This document shows positions 6,754-13,587 of a stretch of 34,075 bases of DNA, piece by piece. Position numbers and translations under genes: made by a program. Below the pieces are notes generated by a model. It did no database searches and was not told where the DNA came from. It was given only the letters and a program-made list of their open reading frames with translations. The stretch covers positions 1-34,075 of the forward strand of contig JBIOUD010000066.1 in the NCBI GenBank assembly GCA_044866725.1. Reading direction: 5' to 3'. The stretch comes from Candidatus Limnocylindria bacterium. GTDB taxonomy: Bacteria > Chloroflexota > Limnocylindria > P2-11E. Every line of letters starts with the position of its first letter. Positions within the stretch are counted from its first letter, which is position 1.

Positions 6754-9183
6754 GTGGATCGGACGCTTTTGGAGATCGTTCGGCAGCGCCTCGATCAGGG
6801 CGGCCACGCGAAGACGCCGTGGGCGAAGCTCGTCCTTGCCGCATGTTCGAGCAATGACGCGCTCGCGGCGGCGCTCGAGAGCGCGGAGTGGAAGCCCGCC
6901 ACGACGGGCAAAGGCGAGGTCGTCTCTGGTCCGGCGTACCTCAGGTCCGTCAGGGTGGAGGGCTTTCGCGGCATCGGCGCTCCGTCGACGCTCGAGCTCC
7001 CGCCTGGGAACGGCCTCACGCTCGTCGTGGGAAGGAACGGCTCGGGCAAGTCGAGCTTCGCGGAGGCCGTCGAGCTCCTGACGACGGGCACGAACCGTCG
7101 CTGGTCGACGCGCTCGAAGGTATGGCGGGAGGGTTGGCGCAATCTTCACCACGACACCTCCGAGGTCCGCGTCGAGTTCGTCCTCGAGGGCGACGGCATC
7201 GCGGCGGCCACCCTGCAGTGGCCCGCCGACGGCGACGTCGAGAACGGGACGCGCACGGTCCAGCGCGCTGCCGGAAAGAGAGCGCCGCTCGAGTCGCTCG
7301 GTTGGACGCGGTCGCTCGAGCTCTACCGTCCGTTCCTCTCGTACAACGAGCTCGGCGCGATGTTCGACGAAGGGCCGACCGCGCTGCACGACAAGCTCTC
7401 CGCGATGCTCGGCCTCGACGATCTCGCCGCCGCGCAGAAGGCGCTGCAGGACGCGCGGCTCCAGGCGCGTCGCGCGACCGATGCGGTGCGCGCGAAGACG
7501 GCCGGCCTCGTCACGCAGCTGCGTCTGGTCGACGACGATCGCGCGGCAAAGGCGCGGCAGGAGCTCGAGGGCGCCACGCCGGATGTGGCCGCGCTCCGGA
7601 GGCTGCTCGTCAAGACAGAGGAGCGCGAGGAGTCGCACGGTGCGGCGATGCGACAGCTCGCCGAGCTCGAGCCCATCGACGCTGAAGCGATCGCGCGCGC
7701 GGCCGACGGCCTTCGCAAGGCGGTCGCGGCGCAGGAGGCGCTCGCGGATACGCCGGCGGCAGAGGCGCGCGAGCTCGCGCAGCTGCTCGGGTCGGCGCTC
7801 GCGTACCACGAACGGCACAAGCCGAAGAAGTGCCCGGTGTGCTCCTCGGGCGATCTCGGGAAGCCCTGGCGCGACGCGACCGCGAAGCACGTGAAAGAGC
7901 TCGAGGCGCGCGCCGCGAAATTCGACGAGACGCAGCGCACCGCGAGCGCGGCGCTCTCCCGCCTCACCGGCTTCCTTCGGCCCGTGCCCGCGGCCGTGAC
8001 GAGCCTAAGAAACTCGCCCGTCGATACGACAAAGCTCTCCACCGCGTGGGCGGCATGGTTCACGGCGGACGACGCGGGCGTGAAGGCCGCGGCGCGTCGC
8101 ATCGAGACGCAGGCCAGAGAGCTCGCCGCGCTCCTCGCGACCGCGCAGGAGCAGGCGCGCGCCGCGGTGAAGACGCGCGATGATGCGTGGGCGCGCGTCG
8201 TGCCGGCCCTCGCGACGTGGATCGACGAGGCCGACGCGGCCGCTGCGGCATCCGGTCGTGTCGGTGACGTCAGTCGCGCCGAGGAGTGGTTAAAGGACAC
8301 GGGCGACGAGATCCGTGCGGAGCGCTTCACGCCGGTCGCCGAGCACGCGCGACGCCTCTGGGAGCTCATGCGTCAGCAGAGCAACGTCGAGCTCGAGGCG
8401 CTCACGCTCGAGGGCAGCGGCGCGCGGCGTCGTTCCGACGTGCGCGTCGAGGTCGACGGGAAGCCCGCGCAGGCGCTCGCTGTGATGAGCCAGGGTGAGC
8501 TGCACGCCATCGCGCTCAGCCTCTTCGTCCCGCGGGCGACGGCCACCGAGAGCCCGTTCCGCTTCATGGTCATCGACGATCCGGTGCAGTCGATGGATCC
8601 GGCCCGCGTCGACGGCCTCGCGCGAGTGCTCGAGCTCGTCGCCGCTGACCGGCAGGTCATCGTGTTCACGCACGACGATCGTCTGCCCGAGGCGGTACGC
8701 CGCCTCGAGATCAAGGCGACGATCCTCGGCGTCACGCGGCGTGAAGGATCGGTCGTGGAAGTGCGGACCGAGGCGGATCCGGTCACGCGCGCGATCGCCG
8801 ACGCGCGCACGCTGGCGTTCACGGACGAGCTGCCTCTGGAGATCGCGCGCCGGACGGTCCCGGGTTTCTGCCGCCTCGCGATCGAGGCCGCGTGCTGGGA
8901 GGTCGTGCGCAAGCGACGGCTGCTGCGTGGCGACTCGTTCGTGAAGGTCGAGGAGTCCATCGCCGAGGCGAAGACGCTGACGCAGCTCGCGAGCCTTGCC
9001 CTCTACGACGAGAAGGACCGGGGTGCCGACGTGCTTCCGCGCATCAACCGCGACTTCGGGCCCGAGCAGGGCGATGCGTTCAAAGGGAGCAACACCGGCC
9101 CGCACGACGGATACGCCGGCGACCTGAAGGCGCTCACGCAGCGCACGTCGACGCTCACGGCGCAGCTCCGGAAGCTCAAGTGA
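6754..9183 (+). CDS. Rad50/SbcC/RloC-like ABC ATPase with coiled-coil insert, CxxC hook and a helical C-terminal domain
   Basis: GAGGGGG Shine-Dalgarno 7 nt before GTG 6754. Walker A GRNGSGKSS (7030-7056). About 370 aa of Ala/Arg/Glu/Leu-rich coiled-coil-like sequence with KKCPVCSSGD near its midpoint (Cys codons 7831 and 7840). Signature-like MSQGE (8485-8499), Walker B FMVIDD (8563-8580) and VIVFTHDDR. An extra helical domain of about 135 aa runs from about 8776. Confidence 0.85.
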   Translation: MDRTLLEIVRQRLDQGGHAKTPWAKLVLAACSSNDALAAALESAEWKPATTGKGEVVSGPAYLRSVRVEGFRGIGAPSTLELPPGNGLTLVVGRNGSGKSSFAEAVELLTTGTNRRWSTRSKVWREGWRNLHHDTSEVRVEFVLEGDGIAAATLQWPADGDVENGTRTVQRAAGKRAPLESLGWTRSLELYRPFLSYNELGAMFDEGPTALHDKLSAMLGLDDLAAAQKALQDARLQARRATDAVRAKTAGLVTQLRLVDDDRAAKARQELEGATPDVAALRRLLVKTEEREESHGAAMRQLAELEPIDAEAIARAADGLRKAVAAQEALADTPAAEARELAQLLGSALAYHERHKPKKCPVCSSGDLGKPWRDATAKHVKELEARAAKFDETQRTASAALSRLTGFLRPVPAAVTSLRNSPVDTTKLSTAWAAWFTADDAGVKAAARRIETQARELAALLATAQEQARAAVKTRDDAWARVVPALATWIDEADAAAAASGRVGDVSRAEEWLKDTGDEIRAERFTPVAEHARRLWELMRQQSNVELEALTLEGSGARRRSDVRVEVDGKPAQALAVMSQGELHAIALSLFVPRATATESPFRFMVIDDPVQSMDPARVDGLARVLELVAADRQVIVFTHDDRLPEAVRRLEIKATILGVTRREGSVVEVRTEADPVTRAIADARTLAFTDELPLEIARRTVPGFCRLAIEAACWEVVRKRRLLRGDSFVKVEESIAEAKTLTQLASLALYDEKDRGADVLPRINRDFGPEQGDAFKGSNTGPHDGYAGDLKALTQRTSTLTAQLRKLK

Positions 9184-9551
9184 GACCGAAGGAGCTCGCC
9201 GACGCCGCCGAGCAGGTGCTCGTCGACCCGAGCGACGCGCTCTTCGGTTGCTGGGCTCGCGCTTCCGCTTTGCTCGCGCGTCAGTCGCTGGAGACGGCGA
9301 TGGATGAGCTCTGGCGGAAGCGGGCCCCGATCGTCAGGCAGTGCTCGACGACGGCGCAGCTCCTCGTGCTGCCCTCGTACCTCCGCGATCAGGAGGCGGC
9401 CCGCGACGCTGCGTACGCGTGGAGCGCGCTGTCACGCGCGTGCCACCACCACGCCTACGAGCTCGCGCCGACCGCGTCGGAGCTGCGCTCGCTCATCAAA
9501 CTCACGCGGCGCGTTGCGGCCGCGATCGAGGCGGCGACCACGCTCGCCTGA
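9180..9551 (+). CDS. small all-helical protein, HEPN-like (R-x4-H-x-Y), coupled to the ATPase
   Basis: GTG at 9180 overlaps the ATPase TGA (GTGA). 123 aa: VRPKELADAAEQ...SRACHHHAYELAPTASELRSLIKLTRRVAAAIEAATTLA. The track shows it only as the tail of the longer shadow ORF 8892..9551. Its sequence resembles the C-terminal domain of the ATPase. Confidence 0.6.
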   Translation: MRPKELADAAEQVLVDPSDALFGCWARASALLARQSLETAMDELWRKRAPIVRQCSTTAQLLVLPSYLRDQEAARDAAYAWSALSRACHHHAYELAPTASELRSLIKLTRRVAAAIEAATTLA

Positions 9552-9555
9552 CGCG

Positions 9556-10632
9556 CTAGCGCCGGGTCCACGCGAGGAGGTCGTCGACAGCGAGCGAATT
9601 CACGACCCGCTCGATCGTCACGCCGGTCTCGACGGCCTTATCGGCGCCGTATGCGAGCCACTCGAGCTGACCGGGTGCGTGCGCATCCGTGTCGATCGCG
9701 AAGCGGCAACCAATCTCGGCGGCGAGCGCGAGGAGATCGTTCGGCGGGTCGAGGCGCTCGGGTCGGGAGTTGATCTCGACCGCGGTCCCGAACCGTTCGC
9801 AGGCCGCGAAGACGATCTCGGCGTCGAACTGCGACTGCGGCCTCCCGCGCCCGACGACGTAGCGGCCGGTGCAGTGTCCGAGCACGTCGGCGTGCGGGTT
9901 GGCGATCGCGGCGACCATCCGCCGCGTCATCTGCTCCTTCTCCATCCGCAGCTTCGAGTGCACTGATGCGACGACGACGTCGAGCCGCGCGAGGATGTCG
10001 TCGTCCTGGTCGAGCTTGCCGTCCTCGAGGATGTCCACTTCGATCCCGCTGAGGATGCGGAACGGCGCCATGTCGCGGTTCAGAGCGGCGACGATGTCGA
10101 GCTGCTTCAGGAGGCGCTCGCGCGAGAGACCGTTCGCGACGGTCAGCCGGGGCGAGTGGTCGGTCAGCGCGATGTAGTCGTGCCCGAGCGCTCGTGCTGC
10201 GCGGGCCATGACGTCGATCTCGGCGCCGCCATCGCTCCACAGCGAGTGCGTATGGAGGTCGCCCTTGAGCGCAGCGACGAGCTGGTTACCCTTGCCCACC
10301 GCGATGGCGGTCTCCTGCTCGAGCTTGTCGAGGTAGGCCGCCGTGCCGGAGGTCACGACCTCAGCGATGACCGCGGCCGTCTTCGGGCCGATGCCATCGA
10401 GTTGCTGGAGCGTGCCGGTGGCAACGAGCGCGCGCACGTCGTCAGCTGCGAGGGCTCTCACGACCTCCGCCGCGCGCAAGTAGGCGCGGACGCGATAGGG
10501 CGCTTCCCTCGCTCGATCCATCAGGTAGGCGATCCGTTCCAGTGCCTCAGCGGGGTCCATCGGCGCCGACGGTACCTCTGCCGTCTCCCGGAGCGCGCGG
10601 GCGTAACCAGAAGCCAATGACCGTTCGGTCAT
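9556..10632 (-). CDS. HhH + PHP domain phosphoesterase (PolX-like, without a polymerase palm)
   Basis: N-terminal helix-hairpin-helix region (LQQLDGIGPKTAAVIAEV), then PHP motifs GDLHTHSLWSDG, IALTDHSP, SGIEVDI, ASVHS and AIDTDAH. Start is either ATG 10632 (inside palindrome copy 2) or ATG 10560 (MDPAEALERIAYL). The track start at 10722 is unlikely. Confidence 0.85.
   Translation of the reverse strand: MTERSLASGYARALRETAEVPSAPMDPAEALERIAYLMDRAREAPYRVRAYLRAAEVVRALAADDVRALVATGTLQQLDGIGPKTAAVIAEVVTSGTAAYLDKLEQETAIAVGKGNQLVAALKGDLHTHSLWSDGGAEIDVMARAARALGHDYIALTDHSPRLTVANGLSRERLLKQLDIVAALNRDMAPFRILSGIEVDILEDGKLDQDDDILARLDVVVASVHSKLRMEKEQMTRRMVAAIANPHADVLGHCTGRYVVGRGRPQSQFDAEIVFAACERFGTAVEINSRPERLDPPNDLLALAAEIGCRFAIDTDAHAPGQLEWLAYGADKAVETGVTIERVVNSLAVDDLLAWTRR
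10617..10632. promoter_or_regulatory. ATGAC-N6-GTCAT palindrome, copy 2 (ATGACCGTTCGGTCAT)
   Basis: Near-perfect 16-bp palindrome (7+7 arms) in the divergent region between the PHP gene and mini-protein A. Confidence 0.55.
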
Positions 10633-10712
10633 GACGGTTTGAAGCAAGCGACCGAGAGTTTCATTGCGAACGCAGGCCAGACACGCCCGCCAGTTCGCGC
10701 GGGAGGTAGATC

Positions 10713-10928
10713 GTGCCCGCACTTATCCAGTTCCGCTGTCGCGCGATCGAGCACCAGAGCCCTGCCGTCCTGAACGTGACCGTCAGTCCGATCACGCTGT
10801 ACGAGCACCTCTGGGCCTACTGCCCACTCGGTGTGTCCGCTGGCCACGCGTGGGCAAGGCTCGAGATCGGACGTTCGCTCGACGAGATGAGGCGAACGAG
10901 GTTCAGCGAGGCGCGGCTCGCCACGTGA
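10713..10928 (+). CDS. 71-aa Cys/His mini-protein A (C-x4-H ... WAYC-x7-H-x-W), uncharacterised
   Basis: GGGAGGT Shine-Dalgarno about 5 nt before GTG 10713. Protein-like composition. Clear paralogy to the mini-protein at 15709..15969. Confidence 0.5.
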   Translation: MPALIQFRCRAIEHQSPAVLNVTVSPITLYEHLWAYCPLGVSAGHAWARLEIGRSLDEMRRTRFSEARLAT

Positions 10929-11008
10929 GGCGAGCTCGGCGTCCGTGATCTGGCCGGTGCCAGGACCACGTACTCCGGACATGCATCAGACACATGTGGG
11001 AGGAAGCG

Positions 11009-11440
11009 ATGACCGAGAAGAGCCTCTACGACCGTCTCGGCGGTGTTTTCGCTATCGCGGCGGTGGTCGACCACTTCAGTGACGCGGTGGTGCAGAACCC
11101 CATCGTTGGCAAGACCTCGAAAAACGCGGCCCTGCGCGAGTGGCATACCAAGAACCTGAGCCGTCTGCCGGGACTCAAATTCATGCGGACGCTCTGGGTC
11201 TGCGACGTAGCCGGCGGACCGCTGCGGTACACAGCCACCAAGCCGGGGCAAACGACGATCGGACTCGAAGAGGCTCACAAGGACCTGCGGATCTCACCGG
11301 CTGAGTTCGATGAAGTTGCCGCAGTTCTCGGCCGCACACTCGACTACTTCAAGGTCCCCGAGCCGGAGAAAGACGAAGTCCTCGGTGCGTTTGCGGCGCA
11401 CAAGAACGAGGTCACGTCAGGGCACAAGGCAGCGGCGTAA
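11009..11440 (+). CDS. group 1 truncated hemoglobin (trHbN-like globin)
   Basis: SLYDRLGG...AIAAVVDHFSDAVV...LKFMRTLWVCDVAGGP...GLEEAHKDLRISPAEFDEVA is 2-on-2 globin-like, with a proximal His in EEAHKDL. GGAGG lies 5 nt before ATG 11009, which is preferred over ATG 10994. Confidence 0.85.
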   Translation: MTEKSLYDRLGGVFAIAAVVDHFSDAVVQNPIVGKTSKNAALREWHTKNLSRLPGLKFMRTLWVCDVAGGPLRYTATKPGQTTIGLEEAHKDLRISPAEFDEVAAVLGRTLDYFKVPEPEKDEVLGAFAAHKNEVTSGHKAAA

Positions 11441-11465
11441 GTCAAACCATCGTCACAGGGATATT

Positions 11466-11496
11466 CGCGCTGCCCGAGCCGTGGTCGGGCAGCGCG
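11466..11496 (+). terminator. GC-rich hairpin between convergent genes (possible bidirectional terminator)
   Basis: CGCGCTGCCCGA / 7-nt loop / TCGGGCAGCGCG gives a perfect 12-bp stem. It lies 26 nt after the globin stop. There is no clear U-tract (TCTATCC follows). Confidence 0.5.
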
Positions 11497-11571
11497 TCTA
11501 TCCACGGGGGTGGTGAGTAGTCAGGTAGACGTGGGCTCAGCCGGACCGTACCGGTGGCACCGCGGAGGTGC

Positions 11572-11587
11572 ATGACCGAACTGTCAT
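11572..11587. promoter_or_regulatory. ATGAC-N6-GTCAT palindrome, copy 3 (ATGACCGAACTGTCAT)
   Basis: Exact arms. Located in the convergent gap between the globin terminator hairpin and the 3' end of the OmpR-type regulator. Preceded by GGAGG. Confidence 0.45.
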
Positions 11588-11618
11588 CGTCGGGATCGCG
11601 CAGAGCCGGCGGGAGCTT

Positions 11619-12356
11619 CTAGGTGTCCTCCGCCACGAAGCGGTAGCCGCTGCCGGACACGGTCTGGATGTATCGGGGCTTGTGCCAGTCGTTCTGCAGC
11701 TTCGTCCGCAGCGCACGAACGTGGCGGTCGACGACGTTGCTTTCGATCACGAAGTCGGTACCCCACAGCGCGTCGAGGATCTGCTCGCGCGTGAGGACGG
11801 TTCCGGCGTTCGCCGCCAGAAGATAGAGGAGCGCCTGCTCAAGTGAGCTGAGGTGGAGCTCGTGATCGCCCGCAAGCACCTTCCGGTTCAGGACATCGAT
11901 CTCAAGGTCGCCGATCCGCAGCTTCGGCACGAGACTCCCGGGATCGCCGTGCGTCCGGCGGAGGACGGCCCGTGAACGCGCGACCAGGTCGTCTGGCACG
12001 AAGGGGATGCCGATGTAGTCGTCCGCACCCCGCTCGAATGCGTCGAGCTTGCCGCGCAGGTCGCTGCGCCTTGTCAACGCGATCACGCCGACCGGGCCTT
12101 TGGCGCGCGCGTCATCGATCAACTGCATGCCGCGCCCCGCCTCGAGGTCGATGTCAAGGATGAGCAGGTGTGGCTTCCACGAGGCGATCGCGGAGCGGGC
12201 GCCCGCCACCGTCGTTTCGGAGCGGCGCTCGTAACCGCCGTGCCGGAGCGTCAGCTCGACTGTGTTCGCGATCGCGCGATCGGCGATCGCGAACAACGCG
12301 CGGATCACTGGTTTGACTTTGGACTGTCGCCGCTCACCGCTCGGCCGCTGCTTCAC
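11619..12356 (-). CDS. OmpR/PhoB-family response regulator with an atypical receiver
   Basis: The C-terminal winged helix (LSSLEQALLYLLAANAGTVLTREQILDALWG...VVDRHVRALRTKL...IQTVSGSGYRF) is canonical. The receiver keeps LLILDIDL and IALT but reads ADDYIGIPF where ADDYxxKPF is expected. AGGAGG lies 8 nt before GTG 12356. The 571-aa track ORF is a shadow extension. Confidence 0.85.
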   Translation of the reverse strand: MKQRPSGERRQSKVKPVIRALFAIADRAIANTVELTLRHGGYERRSETTVAGARSAIASWKPHLLILDIDLEAGRGMQLIDDARAKGPVGVIALTRRSDLRGKLDAFERGADDYIGIPFVPDDLVARSRAVLRRTHGDPGSLVPKLRIGDLEIDVLNRKVLAGDHELHLSSLEQALLYLLAANAGTVLTREQILDALWGTDFVIESNVVDRHVRALRTKLQNDWHKPRYIQTVSGSGYRFVAEDT

Positions 12357-12379
12357 GAGAGTGGCCTCCTGCAGAGATT

Positions 12380-13537
12380 CTACGATTGGACGTTCGCGGG
12401 CAGGCTCAGCACGAATGTGCTTCCGGCGCTCGAGCTTGATTCCAAGCGCAGCCTGCCGCCATGCCGCTCGGCGAGCCGCCGACTGATGTACAGCCCCAGA
12501 CCGGTGCCCCGTATGTGTCTTGTGAGTGCTGTGCGGTAGAACGGCGTGAAGATCGCTTCTGTCTCCTCCGCGGGGACACCCAGCCCGAGGTCGACGACCC
12601 GGAGTTCGGCGACGCTGCCGTTCAGCATCAGCGAGAGGGCGACGGGCGCATCCTCGGCACTGTACTTGAGCGCGTTCGCGATGAGGTTGTCGAGGATCTG
12701 CGCGATGCGCGCAGGATCGCCGAGCACGCGCACGGATGCGCGCGGATGCGCGAACGTGATCCTCGGCATCGGCGCGTAGTCGTGGATCGCGACCGCGTCG
12801 GCCACCGCGGTCACGAGGTCCACCGGCACGACGGTGAGGCTGAGGCTGTTCGAACTGAGGCTGGCATGATCGAGCAGATCGCCGATGAGGTGGCCCATGC
12901 GATCGACCTGCGCAAGCGCGAGGTCCAGCGCGTAGCGTTCGCGTTCGGGGTCTCGCCCGATCCGGCGACGCGCGAGCTGCATCTGACCGCGGATCACGGT
13001 GAGCGGTGTGCGCAGCTCGTGCACGACCGTCCGGAGCAGATCGGTCTGTGGCCAATCCGCCGCGAGACGGCCGACGTCTGGGAAGACGCTGATCGGCAGC
13101 GTCGTCACGTGTGGCTCCGGTGGAGCGATCGGCGACGGACGCTCGACGGCACTCTTCACTGTCGCCAGGAACTCGTCCACGACGAACGGCTTGCTGATGA
13201 TCCCCGCGAACCCCGCGGCGACGCTCCGCGGCGACCGCTCCGCTCGCGCCTCCGCGAGCGACGCGCCGTCCGCAGTGAAGATCACGACGGGAAGAGAGGG
13301 ATGCGCGCGGCGGATCGCCGCTGCGTCGTCCCACGTCCGGCTCTCGCCGGTAGCGGGGACCTCGCCGTCAAGGATGACGCAGTGGGGCTGCCAGCGGTCG
13401 ACGGCCGCCTCGATCTCGCCGTGATCGGCGATCGTGATCGGGTGGTAGCCGGCGCCCGAGAGGACCTCCGCGACGAGCGTGGTCAGCGCGGGGTCGTCCT
13501 CGACGAGCAAGACGTTCCTCATATCCACGAATGGCAT
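12380..13537 (-). CDS. cytoplasmic REC-HisKA-HATPase hybrid histidine kinase
   Basis: N-terminal receiver (VLLVEDDP, CVILDG, VIFTAD, ISKPF), H-box VVHELRTPLTVIRGQ, N-box DNLIANALKY, G-boxes DLGLGV and GTGLGL. No TM, PAS or GAF region visible. The alternative start ATG 13522 (MRNVLLVEDDP) is coupled to an upstream mini-ORF. Confidence 0.9.
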   Translation of the reverse strand: MPFVDMRNVLLVEDDPALTTLVAEVLSGAGYHPITIADHGEIEAAVDRWQPHCVILDGEVPATGESRTWDDAAAIRRAHPSLPVVIFTADGASLAEARAERSPRSVAAGFAGIISKPFVVDEFLATVKSAVERPSPIAPPEPHVTTLPISVFPDVGRLAADWPQTDLLRTVVHELRTPLTVIRGQMQLARRRIGRDPERERYALDLALAQVDRMGHLIGDLLDHASLSSNSLSLTVVPVDLVTAVADAVAIHDYAPMPRITFAHPRASVRVLGDPARIAQILDNLIANALKYSAEDAPVALSLMLNGSVAELRVVDLGLGVPAEETEAIFTPFYRTALTRHIRGTGLGLYISRRLAERHGGRLRLESSSSAGSTFVLSLPANVQS

Positions 13538-13562
13538 CGTCTAGCAAGCGGGCATACGAGGC

Positions 13563-13578
13563 ATGACCGTTCTGTCAT
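13563..13578. promoter_or_regulatory. ATGAC-N6-GTCAT palindrome, copy 4 (ATGACCGTTCTGTCAT)
   Basis: Exact arms, 26-41 nt upstream of the kinase start and 10 nt downstream of the preceding gene's stop. Confidence 0.55.
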
Positions 13579-13587
13579 TGGTATGCG

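Noticed and set aside
5665-7890. 741-aa ORF on the minus strand spanning the SRPBCC and ATPase genes
   Set aside because: Arg/Leu/Ala/Pro-rich off-frame composition with no recognisable motifs. It lies antisense to two genes with clear family signatures, which is the typical shadow ORF of high-GC DNA.
9556-10722. The HhH-PHP gene as a third component (nuclease) of the ATPase/HEPN-like pair
   Set aside because: It is convergent, not co-oriented, with its own upstream palindrome site. It belongs to a widespread stand-alone actinobacterial-type PHP family. There is no sequence evidence for linkage, so it is left only as a possibility to test by neighbourhood conservation.
10929-11008. ACATG...ACATG repeat (GGACATGCATCAGACACATGTGG) upstream of the globin as a regulatory site
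   Set aside because: It is short, occurs only once, and has irregular spacing. I could not distinguish it from chance.
11619-13334. 571-aa ORF suggesting a large fused regulator
   Set aside because: Only the C-terminal 245 aa (from GTG 12356, preceded by AGGAGG) form a coherent OmpR-type regulator. The upstream part overlaps the kinase gene in another frame and is Arg/Pro/Gly-rich junk.
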